From contig CP154954.1 in assembly GCA_039621445.1 (NCBI GenBank), positions 24,006,954 through 24,070,953 on the forward strand: 64,000 nt of DNA. Reading direction: 5' to 3'. Numbering within the stretch: the first letter of the stretch is position 1; each line of letters opens with the position of its first letter. The translations under genes and the position numbers were made by a program. This document shows positions 47,501 to 61,033 of the stretch, piece after piece. The notes beneath the pieces were generated by a model. The model saw only the letters and a list, made by a program, of their open reading frames with translations, did no database searches and had not been told where the DNA came from. The DNA is from Euglena gracilis (taxonomy: Eukaryota).

Positions 47501-49353
47501 GATCCTCGTTCGCCCGAGGATCTGCGCGCCTTCATCGCCCCGGAGGATGAACCTCTGGCGCGAAGGAGACGGGAGGCGTCAGTCGCTTCCACCACCGCGA
47601 TTCCGCGGCGGGAGGAACGCGACCGCAGCCCCTCCGTCACCATCCTGGAGGCAGCGCCGCCGTCTCCGACAGGAACGGCTGTATCCTTCGTCTCTGCCCC
47701 GCGAGCGACAGGGGAACGATCGGTTTCTACGGCCCCGCGGCGGCTCCTGTCTGTCCACCGGTAGGTGGAGACCAGGAACTCCTTCAGGAGGAAGGCGAGA
47801 ACGTGGAGGATATCCTCTTCGCTGCTCTTCCTGCTCCGGCACAGCCTAGTCCGGACGAAGCACCCGCAGGGGATATACCTGTGGCTGCTACGCCTGTTCC
47901 AACGGCTGAGCCTCCAGCCGTGACTGGTATGGTCGTCGAGGATATCCTCGAAGAACCTGCCAGTCCCACAGCACGCACCTCGTTAGGAGGCCGTGTGCTC
48001 GGCGCCGTAGTCACCGGCATTACTGCCGTGGCTGCTGCACTAACGCCACGAGGTGGAGGCGTAGCATCAAGCTCCGCCGCCGAGGTCGTGGAGACACCAG
48101 ATGTCGGTGTCCCCACACCCCCATCTCCGGCAGCAGTGCAACCACCTTCAGGGGATGAACCCCAGCCGACAGAGCCATCTGTCGCACCGGCTACCGCGGA
48201 GGATCAACCTCCTGTAGCACCTGCGCCAGCGGTTGTGGAGGATCAACCTCCTAGACCGGATGTCGAAATGGAAGTGGAGGAGATACCCCCACGACCACCG
48301 ACACCGCGCAGGGTCCCTGCCGTCCCGAGGACAATGTCAGAGTTTCTGGGAGTGCCAGCACCTGTGGAAGCACCGATTCCGGTGACGACCACAGTGCCAC
48401 GCCTCGTCGGACAGGATGAACCTGCTCGGCGACGGCCGGCTGAACAACCCCGGGAACGAGTGCCGACCCCTCGGAGCGTCATGCGTGACCCAGCGGTCAG
48501 TATGCCCGCTTCGCCCAGACGGCAAGCGTCTACTCCGGCACCATCGGCTCCTGATACCAGGAGTAAGCTGCAGGCGTCGCCTCCTGATTCCGGGAGTGCG
48601 AAGCCGAAAGGAGGCAAACTGGGTGCTGCACCCTGTAAGCCCCCTGCCAAAGGCGGTGATGGGAAACCACCACCGAAAGGTGGCGCTGGAGGTCAGACTG
48701 GCGGACAGCCGAAAGGCCCTACGACAATGCACGACTATTCGGCCGTTGCATCGTCCGGGTACGGCCAGAGCAAACCGAAAGGTAAGGCTCGTGGCCGACA
48801 GGCCCAATCTTCCGCCGGATCGACGGACGAGGAGCAGGATGAACCTGCTTCACCTCCTGTGTCTGCGGATGCCCATCTATGGACTCAGGATATCCTGACC
48901 AGACTAGGCACCGTGGAAGAGAGGACGAAGAAACTGGCTGCTATTAGGCACTAAAAAGGGTCACTGAATCGATGGATTCAGCCCCTCTTCGTCCGGAGAG
49001 AACCTTTCCACTATGTCCCGGAACATACCTGGACATTCTGGAATAGGCGCTCACCCAGAGTACTGGCACAGTACTTTGGCGAGGACTGCGTGTTGGATTT
49101 CCAGCACGGCACGTCCTTTGCCTGGACGTGCACCGTGTGCCACCATGTGCGGCACAGCCAACCGCTTGTGCATGTGTGTAAGCGGCAGGTGCAACCCTCG
49201 TGGTTCCATCACAGGGCATATGTGCCGAACTGTGTAGCGCTCGTATGTGGCGAGTGCCTGAACGCCTGGAAGCACAGCTTGAACTACTCATACAGTGAGA
49301 ATGCTCACGACAGGGATATCCCTGCCTTGTGCATCAACTGTATAGGGGCCAAG
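44597..49353 (+). pseudogene. ORF3 of B1: very long Pro-rich protein of unknown function with a Trp-rich block and a C-terminal Cys cluster
   Basis: ORF 44597..47764 (1055 aa) continues after a frameshift into 47803..48954, then through TAA 48952-48954 into LNRWIQPLF...CTVC...CGEC...CINC. Cut by an LTR at 49354. Homologs at 30505-31950, 50660-53267 and 54440-55590. Confidence 0.8.
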
Positions 49354-52300
49354 AGTGTACGTCCAAGGACTTCCCTTTGACCCCTTTTGTCCCGGAAAAG
49401 CCTGTTTTGCTTTCTCCTGGTGCGCACCTACTTAGGTGAATAAAAATCCTTGGAGTAACAAAGCCCTTTTCCCCAATTCCCCTATGCTAAGGCAGAGCAC
49501 AAGGCAAGTCGCTGTGTAAGGATTTTCCTTCACAGTCGTGTTCAGTCCTTTCAGAGGTTTATCCTCTTACTTCAAAACAGTCAAAATGTGAAGAATAGAA
49601 TAAGGAATACCACCTGTGGGGGAAGGAGAGAAAAGTGCTGACGTGTCCAGGGGCAGATCCCGGAAGGGTCTGCCACGATCCTACCAGCTGTGGTTTTCCA
49701 CAGTGGTGCGACCGTCACAGAACCCACTCTGCAGATATCCTACAGAGCTGGGACGTGCCTGGTACACATCCCCCTCCCAGGGCTACGCCCGATTTCCTTC
49801 ATGGACCAGGGATTCCCAGGTCCAGTCAGGATATCTGACGCTTCCCCGTTGAGGTTCACTACTACTCCATTCGGTGTCTCTCCTTTCCGCACAGTGGCAT
49901 CCACCCAAATCCCAAAAACGCGCAAAAGGTTAGCCGCGTTTCGCGGTTACCTATTAGCCGTTTAGGCTAAGGTGGGGTGTGAAAAAGCACAATGTGGGAA
50001 AAGGCGGTTTCATGACAAAGTGTCACATCCACACACTTTGGGCGTGCCAAAGGCAGGCGGGGTTGGTCAAGCGTATTCGCTGAAAACCCGAGGGGAGAGG
50101 TGTGGAAGGGGGGGGGCAGGCTCCTATCCTGGTAATACCCGGATAGGGCTCCTAGGCGGTCATATCCGCACTAGGAAACAAAAGCCTACTTACAAAACCG
50201 ACTGCCGGCGACAGCTTTGCGGGGGTGGGGGGAAAGTAGGGAGGAGAGGGGGGCTGGCTTACGCCAGAACAGAATTTTTGCTGTCTGGCAGCCTTAAGGG
50301 GCCTTAGGGACGAAAAGTGACAACTTGGCCTATTATTATGGCGTGCGCGCTGTGTGCTGTGTGTCACTTAGCGGCTTGCCAGGTTTCCCGGCTGCCAAGG
50401 TCTTCACAGCAGCAGCTCCTTCACGACGCAATAAGAGGCGATTACCTCTTGCAGACAGTTCCGTCCGCATGGCCATTGGTATAGGGGTGGCGGGGGGGGT
50501 CATGGATGCTTCCATCCAGAGCGCAGAGTGTGTGTCACAGACCCAGGGTCATCCCAGGGCTGTTTAGCGATTTCCGCTACCAGTGTGTATATAGTATATG
50601 GGTGTCCAGGCTCCATGAAAGCACTGACCTTACATGGGCCTGGTAATGCCGTTTCGGCGTTACATCCGTTCCAGCCGCCAATAATCATGGCGGGAGTCCA
50701 AGGGATCTTCCACAAGGACCATCTGGAATTGTGGTGTTGGTGGCCTATCTACGAGCCAGGTTTCTGGCGATTCGTATTCGAAGTCAGGTACCACCCAGTC
50801 CCGAACCCATCCTTCGGGGACTGTCTGCTTGGTTGCGCTCGCTCTTTCCGCGAGGAACCACTGCAGCTTCTCCCAGAATTTCCTGGGCAGAGTGGCTGGC
50901 CAGATGAAGTAGTTCATCCGTGGATGATTGGCTGACACCTGCGGGGCATTCCCCGGGTGGAAGTCAATTGGCATGTCATACGCACATTCCGCGCCGACTG
51001 TATGGGGTCGTAATACGGCCCCAAGCCAGTCTTTCCAGGTCATCCCGTGGTTTTCGGGTGGCCATTGTGGCAGACACCAGCGACCGTTTCGGTCCTGGGT
51101 TTGGAACAGGCGAAAAAGTATCTTTTCCCTGTCCGCAGTCTCCCAGAGGTAAGGTAATCTTACCCCTGCTTCCTCAGCCGCGAGGCGTATCGCCCCACTG
51201 TCGACCTGCCAGCCACGGGCCATTCCCCTGTGGCGGTAGTTGTACAGCTTGAGGTTGGAGTACTTGAAAAAATCCTTGTACTTTTTGTGCAAGGTTGAGT
51301 ATTCCTCCAGTGGCTTCTGGGCACTTGGCACGATTGTGCGAACTGCGCCTTCCGCAGTTTGCCAGAAGGTACCTCGAAGGCAATTGACGCAGAGTATCGG
51401 TACATTCGTACCGTCTCTCTCTGTGTAGCTAAATTTGTGTTTGTGGGTCCAACTGTCCACGCACTTGGCGCATACCAAGGCGGCACAGTTGGGGATGTAT
51501 ACATCCTTGTGGAACGATTTCCGATCCACAGGGTTGCACACATGGACGAGGAGTAAATCCCAAGTCAGGTGCACTGTTATACATCTTGTGGCATACAGTG
51601 CAAAGCCACACAAAACGGTTTTCCGTTGTTTTGTAGATGAGGAATTCCTCACCGAAGTATTGGGCCAAAACACGGGGGGATCTGGAATTGTAATAATTCC
51701 AGGACACGTTCTGATCAAAGGACCATTTTCGGCCTTGACAGAACAGTGGCTCAATCCACCGGTTGAGGCATTGCTGTGTCCTCAGTTTGTGGTCGATCAT
51801 CATGTACCTGTTTTTCAGGTCATGAATCTCAGGATCATCCTGATTGACCGCGTTCCAGTCGATGACAACTTCGTCTTCCGAAGGTGTCTCGGCTGCTGAG
51901 GCGCGGGATTTTCCCTGCCCCTTTGACGAAGGTTTCGGCTGTGAGGTTTTCCCATAGCCGGATGGTGTGACGTGCGTGAATCCTTGTCCCGAGGTTGATC
52001 CCCGAGAAGAGGATGCAGCACTCTGGCCGCCAGCACCACTACCGCCTTTCGGTGGGGGCTGATCACCAGGTTTCGGTGTGGGCTTACAAGGTGCGGCGCC
52101 CGGCTTTGATTTTGCAGGGGCCTTCGGACTTCCGGTTTCCGGAGCATCCGAGGGCCGTCGATCGGCGTCGCGTTTGCTTGCCCAGGTGCGTGGTGACGCT
52201 TGGGACTGGGGTCTTCTCCCCGACACCGAGCGTCGTTGACCTTCAGCAGGGGTTTCCCCAGCTGAGGGTCGTCCTACGCGTTCCCTCGCGGCTTCCGTGG

Positions 52301-53272
52301 GTTTCCCAGGGGCAGTCGTGGGGGATGGTGTGGGTGTAGGCTTGGCTGGCGCACTACGCGCTGGTTGAGCCTGTGGTGGGGGCATGGACGTCCGCTCGGC
52401 CTGTTTTTCAGGCGCCGGTGTCCGTGTGCCTGAATGCTTTGGTGCAGTGGCTGTGGATGTGCGCTGAGGTGCGGGTTCATCCCGTGCCTCGGCTGGCGCT
52501 ACCGGTGCTGATACAGGTTCATCCCGTACTGGCACGGTTGTTGTTGTCTCCACTGCGATTGCTGTCTGTTCGCCTTCCGTCCGTGTCGCTTCCGACACCG
52601 GCAATGGCGCCGCCGCTGGGGGAGGGTCATCCTCCACCATGGCTGTTGTGTCATGTGTGTCTTCCGCCGGCTGGGCAGTTTCCGCCGCACCTGTGGAAGA
52701 ACTGGCCGCAGTGCCACGTGGAGTGACAACTGCGATCAGTGACCGCAAACCACCGAGTACGCGTCCGCCCAGCGAGGTGCGCCGTTCAGGTTCTTCACCT
52801 GAGGTGGGCTCCTCCGGTGGCTCCTCTGTCGACGGGGTTTCCCCTGAAACAGGGAGCTTGAGGCGTAATACCTCAGGCGTGTGGGGTACCGTCTCCGGCG
52901 GGTTTTCCCGTGGAGGGGTCGGTACACCTGTCGTACTCAGTGAGGTGGGTGACTGTGGGACAGGTGTCATTTCACCTGCCGGCGACCCTGGGCGCTGGGC
53001 AGTTTCTGCCACAGTGTCCAGCATCACGACAGATGGGCTACGGGTTTCCCGTGCCGGAGGTTCCGCTGGCTGAGGTTCATCCTCGGCCATGGGGACCGTG
53101 TCTTCCTCCTCCTCCGCTTCCGGAGGATAGTCCTCTGTGTGGAGTTGTGCTGCAGTACGCGGGTCTTTTCCGCTTCTGTAGCACCCTTGTGCGTCGGACA
53201 GGCGGTAAAAGCTTATACTTTCACTCCTGTCAGAGTTGTGGTATGGGGGCGGCCACGACGCTCTCACCCAGC
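49354..53272 (-). mobile_element. 3' part of a diverged family-B element 'B2' (ORF3 C-terminal half, 3' UTR, PPT, LTR 49354-49768)
   Basis: Minus-strand LTR TGTGTACC...GTACACT after PPT GGGAGGGGGA; ORFs 51429..53267 and 50660..51754 align by eye to B1 ORF3 (RSPRVLAQYFGE, YIPNCAALVC). Confidence 0.85.
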
Positions 53273-55610
53273 AGTGTCCGTCTGATCTTCCCTTTTCCCC
53301 AAAAAGCCTCGCTTTCGCCCTGGTGCGGACCTACTTAGGGAAGAGAAAATCAGAGTAACGAAAAACCCTTTTCCCAACTTCCCGAGAAGCAAAGCACAGA
53401 GAGAGGATGGGAAAGGATAACGGACTATAATAAGTCCGAGGAAGAAAGGGAAAAAAAATATAAAGAATACCACCTGTGGAGAGAGAAAGGGGGAGTGAGA
53501 AGATCCTAATAGGATCTGCTCTCATGCCTACTTCCTTATCAGAAGGGCAGAGAGCATACGCCTGGTACACATCCCCCTCCCAGGGCTATGCCCGATTTCC
53601 CTTCTGGACCAGGCATTCTGGTCAAAGAGATGCCGGACACAGACCTAGTCTGTGGGAGGTGTACCCTGACGCATTCTCAGGGTCCCCTTTCCATCGCACA
53701 GGGGTCCACTCAAAAACGCGAAAGGGAGGGGAACCCAAACAGCCAAAAACGCGCAAAACGGTTTCACCTATTTTGCCAGGCTTATGGGTATAGTATATTA
53801 CAGCCCGCTGGGGAAAATGGGGCTGGCAGGTTTCCTTGCTCAGCAAACCCATCCACCCAGTTTGGGTGTGCCAAAGGCACTTGGGGTTGGGTCCATGGGC
53901 ATTGCAGGAAATCCCATGGGGAGGGTGTGGAAGGAGGGGGCCTCTGACCAGTCAAACCTGGGCATGGAGCATGGCCAGTCAAACCTGACCACGCAAAAGA
54001 AAAATCTTACTCTACAAAAACAACTGCCGGCGACAGCATTTTGCCCCTGGGGGAAAGCAGAGAGGAGTGGGGGGTTGGCTTAGGCCGGAAAAGTTGTGCT
54101 TCTCTGGCAGCCTTAAGGCCTCAAACGGCCAAAAAGAAAAAGGAAAGGAAAATATGGGCCTTCGGCCCAGTGCGCTGCGTGTCGCACGCTCGCGAGAAGG
54201 GAGAGGGGAGAGGGGTGTGCGTGCATGCGCACGGAATCCTGCACATGGCAGCATCCCGGTGGGGACTTACTAGCGGCGAATACCGCAAAAGTTCTTCAAA
54301 ACAACTGTTCGGGCGAATACCCGAAGCAGGGTAGAGGACAGAAAATCTGCCCTTAGGAGTGGTGTATACCACCGAATCAGGCGAATACCTGATACTCGCT
54401 CGTACGAAACGAAGCGAGGGTGAATTCACTGACTCAATGATCCTTTTTGCTGCGTAATAGCAGCCAGCTGTGTCGTCCGTGTTTCCACGGAGCCTACGCT
54501 GGGGAGGCCATCCTGGAGCCAGAGATGGGCGTCCGGAAACACGGAGGTGAGGCGGGTTTCGTCTCCACCTACTCCATCGCTGTCGCGGTAGGGTAGGATT
54601 CGGCCTGTCGGCCACAAGCATCACCTTTCGGTTTGTCCTGACCGGACGATGCGACGGCTGAATAGTCGTGCATCGTCGCAGGGCCTTTCGGCTGTCCGAC
54701 AGTCTGGCCTGTTGCGCCACCTCTCGGTGGTGGTGTTTCATCACCGGCTTTGGCAGGGGGCTTACAGGGTGCAGCTCCAGGTTTGCCTCCTTTGGGATTC
54801 GCGCTCCCGGAATCAGGAGGCGACGCCTGCGGCTTACTCCTGGTATCAGGAGCAAATGACGCCGTAACAGACGGTTGCCGTCTTAGCGAAGCGGGCATAA
54901 TGACCGCTGGGTCGCTCAGGACGCTCTGAGGGGTCGGCACTTGTTCATCGGGCTGTTCAGCCGGCCGTCGTCGAGCAGGGTCATCCTGACTAACGGGGCG
55001 TGGCGCTGTGGTCGTCACCGGAATCGGTGCTTCCACAGGCGCTGACATTTTCATGAACTCAGCCGTCCTCCTCCATACCGCAAGGATCCTGTGCGGTGTC
55101 GGTGGTCGTGGGGGAATCACCTCCACTTCCATCTCGACATTCGGTTGAGGAGGTTCATCCTCCTCGACTGCCTTTGCCACTGCCACAGGAGGTTGTTCCT
55201 CCGTCGTAGCCGGTGCGACAGATGTCTCTGTCGGCTGGGGTTCATCCCCTGATGGTGGTTGCACCGCCGGAGGTGGGGGTGTGGGGGCACCGGCATCCGG
55301 TGTCTCCACGAGCTTGGTGGCGGAGCCTGATGCTACGCTTCCACGGCGTTAGTGCAGCAGCCACAGCAGTAATGCCAGTGACCACGGGGCCGAGCACACA
55401 GCCTCGTAATAAGGTGTGTGCTGTGGGCTGGCAGGTTCCTCGAGGGCATCCTCGATGACCATACCAGTCACCTCGGCTTGAGGCTCAGCCATCGGGACAG
55501 GCGTTGCAGCCAGGTGTATCCCTTGTGGGTACTTCGTCTGCCCGCGGCTGTGCCGGAGCAGGCAGAGCATCGTACAGGATATCCCGACGACCTCACCCTG
55601 CTCCTGGGAC
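53273..55610 (-). mobile_element. 3' part of family-B element 'B3' (ORF3 fragments, 3' UTR, PPT, LTR 53273-53571)
   Basis: LTR similar to B1 LTRs; 53572-54043 is the reverse complement homolog of 60553-61033; ORF 54569..55309 closely resembles 47803..48954. Confidence 0.85.
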
Positions 55611-55659
55611 ATTCCCCATGTCCACCTTTCGGTGGATAAAGGGAATTTGAAAAATGTGG

Positions 55660-58078
55660 AAGAAAAAGCGACAGACGTTCATGGTGATCATGACTCCGCT
55701 GGCAGCTACCGCGATTAAGATCATGAACACTCACGAATCTGAAAAAAAAAATTTTTTTCGCGAGAAGTACGACGGATATCCTGGTAATCAGGATTCTGAT
55801 CGCGATTTGTGCGCTTCAGATGACGAACGTTCACAAATCTGAAAAATGTTGCAGGAAATGCGACGGAAATCATGGTAATCATGATTCCAATCGCGATTTC
55901 CGCGATTCAGATCGCGGCATTCGCGAGTCTGAAAAATTTTTGCGGGAAATGCGACGGAAATCATGGTAATCATGACTCCGATCGCGATTTCCGCGATTCA
56001 GATCGCGGCGTTCGCGAATCTGAAAAATTTTCGCGGGAAATGCGACGGAAATCATGGTAATCATGATTCCGATCGCGATTTCCGCGATTGAGATTGCGAC
56101 ATTCGCGAATCTTAAAAATTTTCGAAGGAAATGCGACGGAAATCATGGTAATCATGATTCCGATCGCGATTTCCGCGAATCAGATCACGACATTCGCGGA
56201 TCTGAAAAATTTTCGCAGGAAATGCTACGGAAATCATGGTAATCATGATTCCGATCGCGATTTCCGCGATTCAGATCGCGGCATTCGCGAATCTGAAAAA
56301 TTTTCGCGGGAAATGCGACGGAAATCATGGTAATCATGATTCCGATCACGATTTCCGCGATTCAGATCGCGACCTTCGCGAATCTGAAAAATTCTCGCGG
56401 GAAATGCGACAGAAATCATGGTAATCATGATTCTGATCACGATTTACGCGATTCAGATCGCGGCATTGGCGAATCTGAAAAATTTTCGCAGGAAATGCGA
56501 CGGAAATCATGGTAATCATGATTCCGATCGCGATTTCCGTGATTCAGATCGCCACATTCGCGAATCTGAAAAATTTTCGCGGGAAATGCGACAGAAATCT
56601 TGGTAATCATGATTCCGATCGCCATTTCCGCGATTCAGATCGCGGCATTGGCGAATCTGAAAAATTTTCCCGAGAAATGCGACGGAAATCATTGTAATCA
56701 TGATTCCGATCGCGATATCCGCGAATCAGATCGCGAAATTCGCGGATCTGAAAAATTCTCGCGGGAAATGCGACAGAAATCATGGTAATCATGATTCTGA
56801 TCACGATTTACGCGATTCAGATCGCGGCATTGGCGAATCTGAAAAATTTTCGCAGGAAATGCGACGGAAATCATGGTAATCATGATTCCGATCGCGATTT
56901 CCGTGATTCAGATCGCCACATTCGCGAATCTGAAAAATTTTCGCGGGAAATGCGACAGAAATCTTGGTAATCATGATTCCGATCGCCATTTCCGCGATTC
57001 ACATCGCGGCATTGGCGAATCTGAAAAATTTTCGCGAGAAATGCGACGGAAATCATTGTAATCATGATTCCGATCGCGATATCCGCGAATCAGATCGCGA
57101 AATTCGCGGATGTGAAAAATTCTCGCGGGAAATGCGACGGAAATCATGGTAATCATGATTCTGATCGCGATTTCCGCGATTCTGATCGCGGCATTCGCGA
57201 ATCTGAAAAATGTTCGCGAGAAATGCGAGGGGAATCATGGTAATCATGATTCCGATCACGATTTCCGCGATTCAGATCGCGACATTCGCGGATCTGAAAA
57301 ATTCTCGCGGGAAATGCGACGGAAATCATGGTAATCATGATTCCGATCACGATTTCCGCGATTCAGATCGCGACCTTCGCGAATCTGAAAAATTCTCGCG
57401 TGAAATGCGACGGAAATCATGGTAATCATGATTCCAATCGCGATTTCCGAGATTCAGACCGCGGCATTGGCGAATCTGAAAAATTTTCGTGAGAAATGCG
57501 ACGGACATCATGGTAATCATGATTCCGATCGCGATATCCGCGAATCAGATCGCGACATTCGCGGATCTGAAAAATTTTCGCAGGAAATGCGACGGAAATC
57601 ATGGTAATCATGATTCCGATCACGATTTCCGCGATTCAGATCGCGGCATTCGCGAATCTGAAAAATTTTCGCGGGAAATGCGACGGAAATCATGGTAATC
57701 ATGATTCCGATCGCGATTTCCGCGAATCAGATCGCGACATTCGCGTGTCTGAAAGTTTTTCGCAGGAAATGCGACGGAAAGCATGGTAATCATGATTCCG
57801 ATCGCGATTTCCGCGATTCAGATCGCGACATTCGCGGATCTGAAAAATGTTCGCGGGAAATGCGACGGTAATCATGGTAATCATGATTCCAATCGCGATT
57901 TACGCGATTCAGATCGCGGCATTCGCGAATCTGAAAAATTCTCGCGGGAAATGCGACGGAAATCATGGTAATCATGATTCCGATCGTGATTTCCGCGATT
58001 CAGATCGCGACATTCGCGGATCTGAAAAATTTTCGCAGGAAATGCGACGGAAATCATGGTAATCATGATTCCGATCGC
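55660..58078. repeat. 91-bp satellite, about 25 copies, with a 364-bp higher-order duplication
   Basis: Unit CGACGGAAATCATGGTAATCATGATTCCGATCGCGATTTCCGCGATTCAGATCGCGGCATTCGCGAATCTGAAAAATTTTCGCGGGAAATG; ORF track periodic at 91; identical peptides at 56418 and 56782. Confidence 0.97.
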
Positions 58079-58094
58079 ATTTCCTGCGAAGATT

Positions 58095-60552
58095 TTTCCG
58101 GGTACTAATTCAAAAGCCTGATGGACAGGAGGGGGGAGGGTTCATGACATCCTACCTCCACCTGCTCATCAGCCCAGAGTCCGACCCTTCGGACTTCGGG
58201 CTCCCTCACTCCAGGTCCGAACCCGCCAAATAGCCGGCAGCGTGCCTTTTAGAGGTATACGCGGAGGTCAACGTGCGCACCGCCATACGGGCCTCGTTGA
58301 AAGCCGCGTCCAAAGTCTCAACCCCCTCCCTGCCAGAAGCCGGGGTTTACTCCTCCAAACAAGATAACTTGAAACCGACTTTATGGCGGTTGGAGGAGTG
58401 ACCCTTGTCACCGCGATTCATGCCGCGATGGCGTTGGCCTGGCCGGGGGGAACAAGATCTTGGGCATAGGGATGAGTGGTGATCACTCGATCCGCACAGT
58501 GAACAACGAGATTTGTGATTTGTGCGGGGTGATCGGTTTCCCGATTTTCTGTCAAGCCGCCGTGGTGAACGGGCATTCCGTTGACCAGGACTCGTGTATC
58601 GGGGTTCCCCCGATGAAGACGACGAAGAGGATGATCCGCTTCGCGAAAAGGATCGCGATGCCTCGCGATATGAATCACGCTTCTTGGCAGGGGCACGGGG
58701 TTACCTACCCCGAGGGGTACCGTGTTTCCGCTCATCGCGGAACGGGATCCGGGGGCTAATACCACCGGAACGGGGACCCGATGACCGTGAATTGCCCGAT
58801 TGGCGTGAAAACGCGGAGGAACCCGAACCTCGTGATGAGGTCGAGCCTCGCGGACTCTGAATATGCTTTGGCGCTTCAGGATTAGGACATTCCCGAGACA
58901 TATGTCCCGGTTTGTTGCACAAAAAGCACACTTTATCTGTGGCTTGGTCCGAAGAACGCGGGTATCGCGTTTTCGATCCCGTGGTTGGTGAAGTGGGTGT
59001 AACTGGTGATTTCTGCAATGCGTTCACCGAACTAGCTGGTAATCCAGCCGTTGGGTGTGCGTTAAACGCGGATTGAATCTGACCAAGAAGCTGTGATAGC
59101 TTCAACTGTTTGGAAACGTAATACCAACGTTGGTCAAGACTCATTGCATGACCCGCCAATTCCTCACGGTGGATATCCTTAATGAGGCCAGGCGTGAAAT
59201 GCATCAAAACAGCATCAAACTGTTCGCGCATTTGCTTTTCACTCAGTTCATCCACTTCAGACGCAAGTCCCAACCATTTGGCATACCAAAGGTCAATGGA
59301 CTTCCACTTGCGGTCGGGTGGGGCGAATTGCCGCCACTTGGTCTCCAAGGTAATCCTGGCGACCAAACTTGAACTGATGGAAGCATATTGCTCCACCAGG
59401 TCACCAAAGGAAACGCGGTAGCGAATGACGAGTTGTCGTGCGCGCTCCTTCTCATCCCTTGGGAGGCAATCGATGAACTCCATCTTGATTACCTCCGGGT
59501 TTGCGTCCTAGGTTGGTCCTTTCAGTGCCCAGTAATACTCCCAGTCTCGGAAAAACTGTCTCCAGGTGGTTGGATCACCATCCCATTGGGGTTTCACCTT
59601 ATTCGCGATTGCGATGGTGCCCTTGAAGTCTTTCTGAGGAACCCGTTGACCCTCGGTGGTATTCCGTGGATTCGGGCCTGGGTATGCTCGAGCACCAAGC
59701 GTATCCTTTCCGGATTCTTGTCGGAATTGCGAAATTTCAGGTGAAGGTGAATCCTGGTACCGGAAATGCGGTCGCAAACCCTGTTGGTCACCCGTAATAG
59801 GGGGACTCTCCGATGTGGGGGTATGTCGCACATGCAACATGTGACCCACTCCCGGTGTACGGGTTTGGCTCATTCCACGCACAAGCATGGAATGATGGAT
59901 TTCTTGGTGGAGACTTGGCGGAATCGCCGTGTTTTCCGAAAACTCGGTTCCCGTAATGGGAAATTCAATCGAAAACTGGGTTTGGTTATGGGCAAGGCCA
60001 ATGGTGGCACAATTCGCGGAATCGCGGATTGTGGCACTCGGGACACGGGTGGTGGGGGTGCGTGTGCACCTGGATTTGGGTTGTGGAAGTGCGAATCTGG
60101 AACATTTGGCGCGTCTTCGGCAATGCATACTGCCGAATTGCGGTGTGAAACGCGCTGTTGGTTGGACACATTATCCAAACCGACAGACAAGTCATGCACA
60201 CTGTGCTCCAAATGTTCAACAAGTTGGAGTTGGCCGCAAATACGGTCAACCTCATCCTCCAAAGCGCGAATACGCTTGCGGTAACGGGAAAAGTCATCCA
60301 AATGCGGAATCCTTTCGGAAATTCCGGTAACATCCTGGACAAGTTTCCCATGAGACTCATCCAATAATTGGAGTTGTCCCGTTAGTGCTTTTACAGCATT
60401 TGAGAGAATCTGCAAAGGTAGTGTCACCTTGGTTGGTGTGGTGGTGGGTGCAACCGGTGCAGGGTCATTCGGCAACGCGGTTGTGGTACCCACGAGCAAA
60501 TTTCCGGATTGTGGCTTATCCACAAACGCAGAAATTCGCTCATCCAACCTGG
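58095..60552 (-). pseudogene. gag: Inverted fragment of family-B gag
   Basis: Reverse complement homolog of ~36940-39405 (CFLCNKPGHMSREC, KPQWDGDPTTWRQF). Confidence 0.92.
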
Positions 60553-61033
60553 TAAAATGCTGTCGCCGGCAGTTGGTTTTGTAGAGTAGGATTTCCTTTT
60601 GCGTGGTCCGGTTTGACTGGCCATGCGCCCTGCCCAGGCTTGACTGGTCAGTGGCCCCCTCCTTCCACACCCTCCCCATGGGTTTTCCTGGAATGCCCAT
60701 GGACCCAACCCCAAGTGCCTTGGGCACACCCAAACTGGGTGGATGGGTTTGCTTGGCAAGGAAACCTGCCAGCCCCATTTTCCCCAGTGGGCTATAATAT
60801 ACTATATACCCATAAGCCACCGCAGAATAGGTGAAACCATTCTGCGCGTTTTGGGCTTTTTGGGTCCTCTCCTTTCCGCCCCCCCCCCTTTTTTGAGTGG
60901 ACCCCTGTGCGACGGAAAGGTCCCCTGTGGATGCGCCAGGGTGCACCTCCCACAGACCAGGTCTGTGTTCGAAATCCCTGTGGCCAGAATGCCTGGTCCA
61001 AAGGGGAAATCGGGCATAACCCTGGGAGGGGGA

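Noticed and set aside
44597-49353. env gene
   Set aside because: No signal peptide or convincing transmembrane anchor; mostly Pro-rich and disordered.
55660-58078. CRISPR array or repeated small proteins
   Set aside because: Whole 91-bp units repeat with no unique spacers and no cas genes; the ORFs are by-products of the periodicity.
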